Origin: a virus
Lineage: Duplodnaviria > Caudoviricetes
IMG/VR virus record: IMGVR_UViG_3300049982_000026
Location: 1-59,380 of that record
Length of the DNA stretch: 59,380 bases
Direction: 5' to 3' (one strand)
Below are positions 44,203 to 54,171 of this stretch, piece after piece. The notes under the pieces are model-generated. The model was given only the letters and a program-made list of their open reading frames with translations, did no database searches and had not been told where the DNA came from. The translations under genes were made by a program, and so were the position numbers. Position 1 is the first letter of the stretch, and each line of letters opens with the position of its first letter.

Positions 44203-44781
44203 ATGCCGAAGCTGCCCGAAGACGTGAAGGACTGGACCGCACCGTGGGAGACCGCGACGGGAGAGACCGAGATCGACAAGGACAAGCTGAAGCGGTATCT
44301 GTTCAATCTGCTGGGTGACAAGGAGAAGCTGCAAGAGCGGCTGACCGAGTCGAACACCGAGCGGGACACACTGAAGACAGAAGCCGAAGCCAAGGCTCGC
44401 GAGGGCGAGACCACTGAGCAGAAGCTGGCACGGGAGAACGCGGAGCTCAAGGCCGCTGTCGATGCCGTCACCAAGGGTGACGGAAGCGACACCGCCAAGG
44501 AGAACCTGCGACTCAAGGTCGCTGTCGAGAAGGGCCTGAACAAGGACCAGCTCAAGCGGCTGATCGGGAACACCGAGGAAGAGCTGCTGGCAGACGCGGA
44601 CGAGCTCCTGAAGTCGTTCGGCTCCCACGGCAAGTCCGAGGAGGGTGAAGGTGGCGAGCAGGGCGGCGACGGCGTACGTCGAGTCCCGCGCGGCAACAAC
44701 AACCCTGGTGACCCGAATCCCGGCGCCGGCGCAGACGTGAGCACCGACAAGGCGCTCGAGCAGATCCCCCGGATCCGCTGA
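44203..44781 (+). CDS. Capsid scaffolding protein
   Basis: Charged coiled coil, RLIGNTEEELLADADELL; precedes the capsid gene. Confidence 0.88.
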   Translation: MPKLPEDVKDWTAPWETATGETEIDKDKLKRYLFNLLGDKEKLQERLTESNTERDTLKTEAEAKAREGETTEQKLARENAELKAAVDAVTKGDGSDTAKENLRLKVAVEKGLNKDQLKRLIGNTEEELLADADELLKSFGSHGKSEEGEGGEQGGDGVRRVPRGNNNPGDPNPGAGADVSTDKALEQIPRIR

Positions 44782-44846
44782 CAAGACATCCGCACGATCC
44801 TCGCCACGGGGGTCAAGCGGCCGAAACGATCTCGTAGGAGGTCCCC

Positions 44847-45794
44847 GTGGCTGTACTGAAGGCGAAGCCGGAGAAGATCGTCGAGTTCTTTCTCGCGATG
44901 GTGGGCCGGGAGCTCCTGGGCCCCGACCTGATCACGCGAGTGACCGAGGACTTCTTCAAGGGCGCGCAGAACGACACCGTGTCCATGCGCGTGGGCAACC
45001 TCCGTGCGGTCGCGCGCGACTACGAGTTCCGTACTCGTACCGCCCCGATCGTGATGGACGACATCGAGGGTGGGGACACCGTCCCGATCACGCTCGACCG
45101 GCACGTCTACTCGGCCACCGGGCTGACCGACGAGCAGCTCACGCTCGACAACATCGAGTTCGCCACCGACGTCCTGACCCCGCAGGTCGAGGCCGTGGTC
45201 GGCAACTACGAGTCCAAGGTCGTCGCCGCGTTCCGCGCCGCGCAGGCCGCCTCCACCGTCACCGGCACGCTCGACACCGACCCGCACCTGGTCGCCATCG
45301 AGGCCCGTCGGCTGATGAACTCGCACCAGGTCGCGCCGTACTCCGGCCGCGTCTTCCTGGTCGGCTCGGACGTCGAGGCCGCGTGGCTGGCCAGCGAGCG
45401 GCTGAGCAACGCCGACAACATCGGCAACGTCTCGGACGCGGTCCGCGACGCCGTGATCGGCAAGCTGGCGGGCGCGCCCGTCATCGTGCACCCGAACCTC
45501 AACCCCAACGAGGCGTACTACTTCCACAAGTCCAGCTTCGTGCAGGGCTCTGTGGCGCCGGTCGCCCCGCGCGGTGCTGTGGTCTCGGCCAAGGTCTCGC
45601 GGAACGGCTACGCCGCCCGCTGGCTGATGGACTACGACCCGAACTTCCTCCGGGACCGCTCGGTCGTGTCGAGCTTCATCGGCATCAACGAGATCCTGGA
45701 CGAGCGGGACGCCAACGGTGACATCATCGACACCCCGGACAACGTCCGGATCGTGCCGATCACCCTCACCGGCACCGGATCCGTCCTCGACTGA
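44847..45794 (+). CDS. Major capsid protein
   Basis: FKGAQNDTV...ARDYEFR...YSATGLTDEQLTLD...RWLMDYD...DRSVV; AGGAGG RBS. Confidence 0.9.
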   Translation: MAVLKAKPEKIVEFFLAMVGRELLGPDLITRVTEDFFKGAQNDTVSMRVGNLRAVARDYEFRTRTAPIVMDDIEGGDTVPITLDRHVYSATGLTDEQLTLDNIEFATDVLTPQVEAVVGNYESKVVAAFRAAQAASTVTGTLDTDPHLVAIEARRLMNSHQVAPYSGRVFLVGSDVEAAWLASERLSNADNIGNVSDAVRDAVIGKLAGAPVIVHPNLNPNEAYYFHKSSFVQGSVAPVAPRGAVVSAKVSRNGYAARWLMDYDPNFLRDRSVVSSFIGINEILDERDANGDIIDTPDNVRIVPITLTGTGSVLD

Positions 45795-45820
45795 TCCACC
45801 CCGGCCTAACGGTCGGACCG

Positions 45821-45860
45821 ACGAGCCCTCGGCCCCCTCGGGGGTCGGGGGCTCGTTTCT
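45821..45860 (+). terminator. Intrinsic terminator after the capsid gene
   Basis: ACGAGCCCTCGGCCCC...GGGGTCGGGGGCTCGT-TTCT. Confidence 0.75.
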
Positions 45861-45877
45861 CATGAGAGGATAGATCC

Positions 45878-46378
45878 ATGCCGACACTGATCACGATCGA
45901 CAAGTTCGCCACCTGGGCGCGACAGGACGTCGCGACGGTGGCCGCTGACCCGTTTGCACAGCTCGTGCTGCAGACCGCCACGGAGATCGTGTGCGACGAG
46001 GCCGAGCAGCCGAACTGGGAGATTCAGTCGCCCGCCGTCGTCGTACCGCGCAAGGCGCAGCGCATCTGCATGTTCCTGGCCGGCCGGACGTACCTCAACC
46101 CCGACGGCACCGTGTCGGAGTCGGTGGGCCCGCTGAACGAGCGGCGCCCCGAGGCGATGGCCATGGCAGCCGCCAACATGCAGCTCCTCCCGGCCGAGAT
46201 CGCCGACCTCGAGGCCCTGGTCCCCGACGGCCCGTCCGGTCTGTGGGTCCAGCCGACCACGCGCGCCGACGCCTCCGAGGACGACGTCGTCTACCTGCCG
46301 GACTCCTCGGGGTCTGACTGGTGGATCCCGTACGGCGACCCGAACACCACCAACGCCTTCACCCCGGTGACGCCGTGA
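45878..46378 (+). CDS. Head-to-tail adaptor
   Basis: RTYLNPDG..SESVGP motif; gene order. Confidence 0.78.
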   Translation: MPTLITIDKFATWARQDVATVAADPFAQLVLQTATEIVCDEAEQPNWEIQSPAVVVPRKAQRICMFLAGRTYLNPDGTVSESVGPLNERRPEAMAMAAANMQLLPAEIADLEALVPDGPSGLWVQPTTRADASEDDVVYLPDSSGSDWWIPYGDPNTTNAFTPVTP

Positions 46379-46695
46379 GGGGCAACGAGGTCGTCCACGT
46401 GAAGCGTCCGGGCGAGACCGACTGGCAGGGTGACCCCGTGGGCGCTCCGGCCGAGTTCGACATCCCCGGCTGCCAGCTCTGGCCGCGCACCAGCACCGAG
46501 GACTCCGACCAGGGTCGGGTCATCATCGACGGCTGGAACCTCTACGTGCCGCCGCGCTCACCCAACACGATCTACGCCACCGACACCGTCACGGTGCGCG
46601 GCGAGGAGTTCAACGTCGAGGGCGTGCCGGGTAAGTACGACCTCAAGGGTCGCGACAAGGGCATCATCGTCGTGCTGAAGCGGGTAGGTGGCTGA
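46375..46695 (+). CDS. Head-to-tail stopper
   Basis: DWQGDP...PRTSTE...DTVTVRGEEFNVEGVP...LKRVGG. Confidence 0.75.
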   Translation: MRGNEVVHVKRPGETDWQGDPVGAPAEFDIPGCQLWPRTSTEDSDQGRVIIDGWNLYVPPRSPNTIYATDTVTVRGEEFNVEGVPGKYDLKGRDKGIIVVLKRVGG

Positions 46696-47060
46696 TGCCC
46701 CAGCGCACCCGCGTACGCGCGAAGTTCAAGCCTGACTATCGGGCCTTCGACAAGTTCGCCACGTCGGACCAGATGCTCGAGCCGCTCTACCAGGCGGCGC
46801 ACGACATCCGGCGGATCGCGGCGGCCACTTCACCCCGTTCAAACGGTCCGGGGCCGCACTACGCCGACGAGTACAAGGTCGACACGCGCCCGCAGAACCT
46901 GACGATCGGCCGGTTCCGCCGTCGCATCGTCACGATCGTGAACGAGAGCCCCAAGGCGGCGCCGAACGAGTTCGACAACAAGCGAAGCAAGGGTGGCCAC
47001 TACCTCGCGAAGGCGGGCGCGGCCATCGGAGATTACCGAGGAGTGATGCCCGGTGACTGA
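46695..47060 (+). CDS. Tail completion/neck protein
   Basis: Gene order; HK97 gp10-like size and basicity. Confidence 0.65.
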   Translation: MPQRTRVRAKFKPDYRAFDKFATSDQMLEPLYQAAHDIRRIAAATSPRSNGPGPHYADEYKVDTRPQNLTIGRFRRRIVTIVNESPKAAPNEFDNKRSKGGHYLAKAGAAIGDYRGVMPGD

Positions 47061-47463
47061 CAACCTGAAGCCGTACCCGGACATCGAGAAGGCGATCCGG
47101 GCAATCCTGCTGCGTGATTTCCCCGAGTTCACGCAGGAGAAGCAGGTCGCCGTCGACTTCCCGACGGACAACGAGCCACTGCCCTTCGCTCGCGTCGAAG
47201 AGCTCAGCCTGGGCACCCGCACGAAGCTGGTCTACCGACCCGTCGTCGAGCTGGAGGTCCTGGCGACTGGCCGGGACGCAGCAAAGTCGCTGATCGGGAA
47301 GATCGATGCCCACTTCCTGGACTATCCTCACAGTGTGGTCATCTCGTCCGGCCTCGTAGTACTGGACATGGTGACCGTCCCGGTGGTCCCTGCACAGAGG
47401 CCTTGGGATAGTCCGAACGTTCGGCGTTACGCCGGCACCTACCAGTTCAGCGTACGACGCTGA
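47053..47463 (+). CDS. Tail terminator
   Basis: YPDIEKAI...LPFARVE...VRRYAGTY; precedes the major tail gene. Confidence 0.75.
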   Translation: MTDNLKPYPDIEKAIRAILLRDFPEFTQEKQVAVDFPTDNEPLPFARVEELSLGTRTKLVYRPVVELEVLATGRDAAKSLIGKIDAHFLDYPHSVVISSGLVVLDMVTVPVVPAQRPWDSPNVRRYAGTYQFSVRR

Positions 47464-47485
47464 TGAGACAGCGAGGAAGGCCAAC

Positions 47486-48460
47486 GTGGCGAATTACGAG
47501 GACCTGAAGAACAAGCAGAACGAGCTGATCCGGAAGTCGCTCGAGGGCTCGGTGTTCCTGGGCGACATCAGTGTCCCCGCGATCACGTCCCTGACCGTCT
47601 TCTCGGCGACCGCCACCACGGCCGTCGTAGCTGGATCCGCGCCCGCAGCGGCTACCGTCACCGACGGCGGCCTGCTCAAGGTCCGGGTCAACGGCACCGA
47701 GTACGAGATCACCGTGGCCGACGGCGACGCGAAGGCCGCCGTGGCCACCGCTCTCGCCAGCGCGATCGGTGCGGGCAACGCGACCGTCGTCGCGACGTCG
47801 GCATTCACCATCACCACGGTGGCGACCGGCTCCAGCGCGAAGGTCGAGATCGTCTCCCTGGGCGGCAGCCTCGCGACCGACCTGCACCTCACGGTCGGCC
47901 AGCGCTCGGTCGGCTACGACGCGGGCATCAACCTGAAGCTCCTGCCGCAGGGCATGGACGACCTCGGGTGGCTGTCCACCGACGGTGCGGCGTTCTCCCG
48001 CGACGTGTCCACCTCGGACGTGCAGTCCTGGGGTTCGGTCACGCCGACCCGGTCGGACGTCACCTCCGACACCTCCACCATGGCCGTCACCGCGCAGGAG
48101 ACCAAGCTCCTGACGATCGGCCTGGCCACCGGCGCCGACCTGGCCTCGATGGTCCCGGACTCGCAGACCGGTGAGGTCAGCATCGCCAAGCCGACCCGCC
48201 CGGCGGGCAAGCACTACCGCGCCCTCTCGGTCGCGGTGGACATCGGCGACGGCGGCGAGATCTACCTGGCGCGGTTCTTCCCGCGCGGGAAGGTCACCAA
48301 CTACGCCGAGCAGAGCCACGGCGGCGGCGACGACCCGGTGAGCTGGGGCGTCACCCTGACCGGCGAAGAGGACTCGAACCTGGGTTACTCCGAGCGCTGG
48401 CTGTTCGGCGGCCCAGGCTGGAACGCTCTGCTCGCGGACATGGGCTTCCCCACCGCCTGA
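47486..48460 (+). CDS. Major tail protein with an inserted beta domain of about 100 aa
   Basis: ELIRKSLEGSVF...DLGWLSTDGA.FSRD...SWGSVTPTRSD...WLFGGPGW. Confidence 0.9.
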   Translation: MANYEDLKNKQNELIRKSLEGSVFLGDISVPAITSLTVFSATATTAVVAGSAPAAATVTDGGLLKVRVNGTEYEITVADGDAKAAVATALASAIGAGNATVVATSAFTITTVATGSSAKVEIVSLGGSLATDLHLTVGQRSVGYDAGINLKLLPQGMDDLGWLSTDGAAFSRDVSTSDVQSWGSVTPTRSDVTSDTSTMAVTAQETKLLTIGLATGADLASMVPDSQTGEVSIAKPTRPAGKHYRALSVAVDIGDGGEIYLARFFPRGKVTNYAEQSHGGGDDPVSWGVTLTGEEDSNLGYSERWLFGGPGWNALLADMGFPTA

Positions 48461-48474
48461 TCCGTTCCCCCAAT

Positions 48475-48520
48475 CGAAACCCCTGGTGGCCTGGGCGGGC
48501 CCGCCAGGGGTTTCGTCTTG
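48475..48520 (+). terminator. Intrinsic terminator after the major tail gene
   Basis: CGAAACCCCTGG...CCAGGGGTTTCG-TCTT. Confidence 0.75.
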
Positions 48521-48546
48521 CCCGGCTCGCGTGGTACTCTCATCGC

Positions 48547-48798
48547 ATGGCTGAATTCCCGAAGAAGTTCGTGAAGGGTGACCGCGAGCGGCTCGCCCAC
48601 AACGTCCGTGACGAGGTCAAGCTCCAGTTCGAGGGCTACCGCCTTGCCACCATGCCGAAGGTCGACGAGACCCCGGCCGACACGACCGTCCCCGCCCCGC
48701 CCGAGCTGACCGAGGCCGAGATGGCCAAGCTGCCCGAGGCCAAGGACGCCGACGTCGTCGACCTGACCGACACCCCCAAGCCGCGTTCCCAGCGCTGA
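48547..48798 (+). CDS. Hypothetical protein
   Basis: TACTCT -10 box 7 nt before ATG; codon bias. Confidence 0.6.
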   Translation: MAEFPKKFVKGDRERLAHNVRDEVKLQFEGYRLATMPKVDETPADTTVPAPPELTEAEMAKLPEAKDADVVDLTDTPKPRSQR

Positions 48799-48814
48799 CA
48801 AGGAGAGCCCGCCC

Positions 48815-49132
48815 ATGACCGACAACGTGACCCAGCTCAACCAGAAGGTCAACTCCAACCTCGACGAGATGGAGCGCGACTCCAAGCCGCCCTTCGCTGC
48901 CGTGGTGGCCGGCCAGCGGTTCACCATGATGGACCCGGCCGACATCGACTTCAAGGATCTGATGGAGATCCAGCACCCGGCGAACTTCCTGAAGTACGCC
49001 CTCGACGAGGACGGCAAGAAGATCCTCGCCGAGAACAAGGTCGAGGGGTGGCGTTTCAACAACCTCATCCGCGACTACATGCAGTACTACGACCTCGACC
49101 CCAAGGCTGCGGGAAAAGGCTGGCTTTCCTAG
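48815..49132 (+). CDS. Tail assembly chaperone (G)
   Basis: Lies before the tape measure gene; ends with slippery G GGA AAA at 49111-49117. Confidence 0.88.
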   Translation: MTDNVTQLNQKVNSNLDEMERDSKPPFAAVVAGQRFTMMDPADIDFKDLMEIQHPANFLKYALDEDGKKILAENKVEGWRFNNLIRDYMQYYDLDPKAAGKGWLS

Positions 49133-49578
49133 TCGGCCGGTACCGGGCTGAGCTCGAGTACGATTTCGCCGCCAAGCTGCCGGGAGTCAACTTCCGGGAG
49201 CTGTGGCGGCGTCGTCGTTGGAGGGTGATGCTCGAACTGATCGACCGCCTGCCGCGCGACACGTACTACTGGCAGGTCATCACGCAGGATCCTGAGCACG
49301 CCGAGATGCTCGTCGAGGCGCAGGAGCGAGCGGAGCGTGAGGGGAAGAAGATGTCGGCAGCCCCGCCGATGAGCACCTGGTCGGCCGAGGTCGAGGGCCT
49401 GGCCGCCGTCGGGGACAAGCTGTCGGTCATCGCGCACATTCTCAAGGTGGTCAACGGCGACAAGCAGTCACAGCCGCCGAAGCCAGCGCTGCGGCCCGAG
49501 ACGGCAATGCCTAGCATCAAGCGCAAGCACCGTCAAGAGCAGCACGACAAGCTGGCTGCTAGACTTCTCGGTAGATAG
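49111..49578 (+). CDS. Tail assembly chaperone GT extension (-1 frameshift)
   Basis: GGGAAAA in phase; -1 frame open to 49578. Confidence 0.85.
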   Translation, partial: GKRLAFLVGRYRAELEYDFAAKLPGVNFRELWRRRRWRVMLELIDRLPRDTYYWQVITQDPEHAEMLVEAQERAEREGKKMSAAPPMSTWSAEVEGLAAVGDKLSVIAHILKVVNGDKQSQPPKPALRPETAMPSIKRKHRQEQHDKLAARLLGR

Positions 49579-49605
49579 CCGGCCCACACCCCGAGGAGGA
49601 CTTCA

Positions 49606-52600
49606 ATGCCGGAAGGCGGCGGGTACTCAGCGGGTTCGATTTTCCTCCAGGTGGTGCCCTCCTTCTCCGGATTCGAGAAGGAGGCCCGCCGGGTCGCCAA
49701 GGGCATGGAGGGCATCTTCGAGGACAGCCTTGACCAGGCTGGACAGCGCGGCGCCGACAAGGCCAAGCGCCACTTCGACCAGGCGATGGGCGACACCAAG
49801 AAGAGCGGGAAGAAGGGCGGCGAGGAGGCCGGGGACGAGTTCTCCGGAGCCTTCGAGCGCATCCTGCAGAAGCGGCTCGGCAAGGCGATCGATGCGCTGG
49901 GTAAGTCCGGCGGCGACCAGCTCAACAACATCGAGTCCCGACTGAAGAGCCTCAAGGGCGCGAAGGTCGGCATCGACCTGGACGCCGGGACCATGCTGGC
50001 CGAGCTTAAGGCCATCGACTCTGAGGTCGACAAGGCCACCCGCGACCGCACGCTCTCCGTGGACGCCCGCATCAACGCCAAGGCGATGCTTGCCGAGCTC
50101 CGCGAGATCAACCGCGAGATCAAGGGTGTCGACGGCAAGAAGATCAACGTCAAGGTCGACTACGACGACCGGGGTGCGGTCAGCAAGCTGAACGCCTTCA
50201 ACCGGATGATCGGCCGCAGCGGCAACCAGGCGGAGGACACCGCCAACAGCTTCCGTACGTTCAACGGCGTACTGCTGACGTCCGTCACGATCGGCCCGGC
50301 CCTGATCCCGATCCTGGCTGCCATCGCTGGTGGGCTCCTCGCGCTCGGCCCGGCCGCCGTCGCGGCTGGTGCTGGCCTGGGCGCGCTCGCCATCGGCTTC
50401 TCTGGAATCGGCAACGTCCTCCAGGCCCTGGACGCCGTCCAGAAGCGCTCGGCCAAGGACACGGAGTCCAACGCCAAGAAGATCCGCAACGCCTCGCAGA
50501 GCGTAGCTGACGCCCAGCAGCGCCTCTCTCGCGCCCAGCGCGATGCCAAGCAGTCGCAGATCGACGCCGCGCGCCGTGTGGCCGACGCTGAGTCCAGCGC
50601 AGCCGATTCCATCCAGGCCTCCCTCGCCCGCCAGGAGGACGCTGAGAAGAGCCTGGCCGACGCGCAGAAGGATGCGACCAAGGCTCAGAACGACCTGATC
50701 GACGCACGCCGTCAGGCACAGCAGGATCTCGACGACATCGCGGACCGCCAGAAGAAGAACTCGCTCGACGAGCGCCAGGCGGTCATCGACCTGTTCAACG
50801 CCACGGTGGAGTACAACGCCGTGCAGCAGGACGCTGGTTCGACCAACCTGGAGCGCGAGCAGTCCTCGATCAACCTCGAGAACGCGCGGCTGCGCCTGTC
50901 CGACATCCGCAAGGAGGAGAAGGACCTCACCGCCGAGCGGAAGAAGGGGATCTCTGGATCCGACAAGGTCAAGACCGCTGAGCAGGGCGTGGCTGACGCG
51001 CTCGAGCGCCAGAAGGAGGCGCAGAAGAACGTACAGCAGGCCGCCGCCGACGTCGACAAGGCGCGCAAGGACGGCGCCCAGCAGGTTACCGACGCACTGG
51101 AGCAGCAGAAGCGCGCCGGGGTGGACGCGGCTGAGTCAATCGCTGACGCGCAGAAGGCTCTCGTCCGGTCGCAGCAGGACTACCGCGACGCCCTCTTCGA
51201 GACCAGCACGGTCGGATCGGCCGCCGCGCAGAACCTGGCCGACGCCCTCTCCAAGCTCGGTCCCGCCGGCCGCGAGTTCGCCTACTTCATCTACGGCCTC
51301 AAGGACGAGTTCTACGCGATCCGCGACGCCGTGCAGGCTGGCCTGTTCCCCGGCCTCCAGGAAGCCATCGGGATCCTGGTCAAGACGTACCTGCCGGGCT
51401 TCACCCGCTTCATGGGCACGCTGGGCAAGGTGTTCGGCGACATCGCCGTCCTGACGGCGCAGACGCTCACCAACAAGACCTGGAAGCAGTTCTTCGCGGT
51501 CTTCGAGTCCGTGTCGCCCAAGCTGATCGCCAACTACTCGCAGGCCTTCCTGAACCTGGCCACCGCCATCGCGCAGATCATGGTCGTGGTCGCGCCGTTC
51601 GCGGTCGAGTTCTCCCAGGCCTTCGCCGATGTGACCGCGCAGTTCCTCAAGTTCACCCAGTCGAAGGAGGGGCAGAAGCTCCTCACCGACTTCCTGAACC
51701 AGGTCAAGCGCCTCGGCCCGTCGGTCATGAAGTTCTTCGAGGCCCTGGTCCCGGCGTTCCTGGCGCTGGTCGAGGCCCTCCTGCCGCTCGGCGAGCTGCT
51801 GCTGCAGGGTCTGACCTCGTTCCTGGAGTGGATCGCAGCGATGGACCCGAAGGTCCTCCAGGGCATCGTTTACACGATCCTCACGCTCATCGCCGCCTTC
51901 CAGATCGCGGCCGGTGTGATCGCCGGTGTCGCGGCCATCTTCACGCCGTTCGGCGCCACCATCGGTGTCGTCGTGGTCGCGATCGTGGCCCTGATCGGTG
52001 TTCTGGTCTACCTCTACACCACGAGCGAGACCGCCCGGAACATCATCAACGGCGTGATCGGCGCAATCGGCGCGGCGGTGAAGTGGTACTGGGACAACAT
52101 CCTGATCCCGTACTGGACGCTGCTCTGGCAGATCATCAAGTTCACCGCCGACGTGCTGAAGGACGCCTGGGAGAAGGTCATCTGGCCGGTCCTGCAGGCG
52201 CTGGGCGCTGCCGGTGCGTGGCTCTGGGACAAGGTCCTGAAGCCCGTTTTCACGGCCATCGGCAAGATCGTGGTCGACGTCTTCAACAACATCAAGTGGG
52301 TCTGGGAGAACATCCTCTGGCCGGTCATCAAGGTCATCGCACAGATCGTCTGGGAGCTGTGGGAGCTCGCCTTCAAGGTCGCGTTCAAGGCGATCGGCAA
52401 GGGCTTCGAGCTGCTCGGCTCCGGGATCAAGTGGACCTGGGACAAGGTCATCAAGCCGCTGTTCGACCTGTTCATGAAGGTCATCGGCGACGACCTGGTG
52501 AAGGCCTTCCAGACCGGAATGACGCTGATCGGCCAGGCCTGGGACAAGCTGAAGGAGCTGGCCAAGGCTCCGATCAAGTTCGTCCTGGACACCGTGTTCA

Positions 52601-54171
52601 ACCACGGCCTCATCGACGGGTTCAACTGGCTCGCCGACAAGCTGGGCATGGACAAGATCGCCTACATCCCGATCCCGAAGGGCTTCGCCGACGGCGGCAT
52701 CAACTCGCCGTACGGCGTCCGGCCGGGCTACACTCCGGGCCGCGACACGCACACCATCGCGGTCAGCGGCGGCGAGGCGATCCTGCGGCCGGAGCTCACC
52801 CGCGCGCTCGGTTCCGACTGGGTCTACGCGGCGAACGCTCGGGCGAAGCGGGGCGGCGTCAACGGAGCCCGCAACTTCCTCCAGGGCTTCAAGGACGGCG
52901 GCGTCTTCTGGCCGACCCCGGGCCGCTCCGTCGGTACGCCGTTCGGCAAGAAGGGTCCGATGTGGAGCTCCGGCTACCACACCGGCACCGACTTCCCGGC
53001 GCCGGTGGGTACTCCGATCCACGCCGTCATGGATGGCCGGGTCTCCAGCACCGCGTGGTCGAGCTGGGGCGGCAACCTCACCCGGATCATCACCAAGGGT
53101 CTCGGTGAGTGGTTCTACGCGCACCAGTCGCGCCAGGACGTCAAGACGGGCGACAACGTCAAGGGCAACCAGATCATCGGCCTGGTCGGCGCCACCGGTA
53201 ACGTCACCGGCCCGCACCTCCACCTCGAGCTCCGCGTCGGTGGCACGCCGGTCGACCCGATGCGCACCCTCACCGGTGGCATGACGGGCGTCGGCGAGCC
53301 GACCGAGGACCCGGGCAAGGGCCAGTCCCGCCTGGAGAAGATCCTCGGCGGCCTAGGCAAGGCGGCCAGCGCCGTGCGTGACGCCGTCACCTCGCCGCTG
53401 AACTGGATCAAGGGCAAGCTCGAGGGTCCGCTGGGCCAACTGAAGGAGAAGTTCGGCGACAGCTTCTTCGTGCAGCAGCTCACCAAGCTCCCGCCGAAGT
53501 TCTACGACGCCGTGGTCAACAAGATCAAGAGCATCGTCGGCGGCGGCGACGACAACGGTCCGGGCAGCACGATGCCGGTCGGCGACATCCAGCGCATGGT
53601 CGCAGACCTGGCCAAGTCGAAGTACGGCTGGGCCGGGTCGCAGTGGGACGCGCTGAACTGGCTGGTCGCCCACGAGTCGAGCTGGAACCCGAACGCGCAG
53701 AACCCGACGTCGAGCGCTTACGGCCTCTTCCAGTTCCTCGACGGGACCTGGGCTCCGTACGGCAAGAAGACGTCGGACCCGAAGCTGCAGGCGCAGTACG
53801 GCCTGGAGTACATCAAGGGTCGCTACGGCAGCCCGGAGAAGGCGAAGGCCTTCTGGGAGGGTCACCACTGGTACGCTGACGGTGGCATCGTCCCGGGCGG
53901 ACAGCCGGTCGGCAACGTCGGCGGCGCCCTGCCGGATAACGGTACGATGATGTACGACAACGGTGGGTACCTGCCCCCGGGCCTGACCACTGTGGTCAAC
54001 CTGACGGGCAAGCCTGAGCCGGTCTTCACGTCCCAGCAGTTCGAGGGCATGCAGAACGGGGCGGGTGGCGGGATCCACTACGAGCCGCACTTCAACGCTT
54101 CTGACCTCACTGCTGACGACGTCATGGACGACTTCCGCTTCGAGGTCCGCCGACTGGGAAGGGGTAGCTGA
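49606..54171 (+). CDS. Tape measure protein with M23 peptidase and lytic transglycosylase domains
   Basis: 1521 aa, helical with Trp-spaced repeats; HTGTDF...YAHQS...TGPHLHLE; HESSWNPNAQNPTSSAYGLFQFL. Confidence 0.95.
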   Translation: MPEGGGYSAGSIFLQVVPSFSGFEKEARRVAKGMEGIFEDSLDQAGQRGADKAKRHFDQAMGDTKKSGKKGGEEAGDEFSGAFERILQKRLGKAIDALGKSGGDQLNNIESRLKSLKGAKVGIDLDAGTMLAELKAIDSEVDKATRDRTLSVDARINAKAMLAELREINREIKGVDGKKINVKVDYDDRGAVSKLNAFNRMIGRSGNQAEDTANSFRTFNGVLLTSVTIGPALIPILAAIAGGLLALGPAAVAAGAGLGALAIGFSGIGNVLQALDAVQKRSAKDTESNAKKIRNASQSVADAQQRLSRAQRDAKQSQIDAARRVADAESSAADSIQASLARQEDAEKSLADAQKDATKAQNDLIDARRQAQQDLDDIADRQKKNSLDERQAVIDLFNATVEYNAVQQDAGSTNLEREQSSINLENARLRLSDIRKEEKDLTAERKKGISGSDKVKTAEQGVADALERQKEAQKNVQQAAADVDKARKDGAQQVTDALEQQKRAGVDAAESIADAQKALVRSQQDYRDALFETSTVGSAAAQNLADALSKLGPAGREFAYFIYGLKDEFYAIRDAVQAGLFPGLQEAIGILVKTYLPGFTRFMGTLGKVFGDIAVLTAQTLTNKTWKQFFAVFESVSPKLIANYSQAFLNLATAIAQIMVVVAPFAVEFSQAFADVTAQFLKFTQSKEGQKLLTDFLNQVKRLGPSVMKFFEALVPAFLALVEALLPLGELLLQGLTSFLEWIAAMDPKVLQGIVYTILTLIAAFQIAAGVIAGVAAIFTPFGATIGVVVVAIVALIGVLVYLYTTSETARNIINGVIGAIGAAVKWYWDNILIPYWTLLWQIIKFTADVLKDAWEKVIWPVLQALGAAGAWLWDKVLKPVFTAIGKIVVDVFNNIKWVWENILWPVIKVIAQIVWELWELAFKVAFKAIGKGFELLGSGIKWTWDKVIKPLFDLFMKVIGDDLVKAFQTGMTLIGQAWDKLKELAKAPIKFVLDTVFNHGLIDGFNWLADKLGMDKIAYIPIPKGFADGGINSPYGVRPGYTPGRDTHTIAVSGGEAILRPELTRALGSDWVYAANARAKRGGVNGARNFLQGFKDGGVFWPTPGRSVGTPFGKKGPMWSSGYHTGTDFPAPVGTPIHAVMDGRVSSTAWSSWGGNLTRIITKGLGEWFYAHQSRQDVKTGDNVKGNQIIGLVGATGNVTGPHLHLELRVGGTPVDPMRTLTGGMTGVGEPTEDPGKGQSRLEKILGGLGKAASAVRDAVTSPLNWIKGKLEGPLGQLKEKFGDSFFVQQLTKLPPKFYDAVVNKIKSIVGGGDDNGPGSTMPVGDIQRMVADLAKSKYGWAGSQWDALNWLVAHESSWNPNAQNPTSSAYGLFQFLDGTWAPYGKKTSDPKLQAQYGLEYIKGRYGSPEKAKAFWEGHHWYADGGIVPGGQPVGNVGGALPDNGTMMYDNGGYLPPGLTTVVNLTGKPEPVFTSQQFEGMQNGAGGGIHYEPHFNASDLTADDVMDDFRFEVRRLGRGS

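Noticed and set aside
49111-49117. Novel frameshift
   Set aside because: This is the well-known tail assembly chaperone G/GT -1 frameshift
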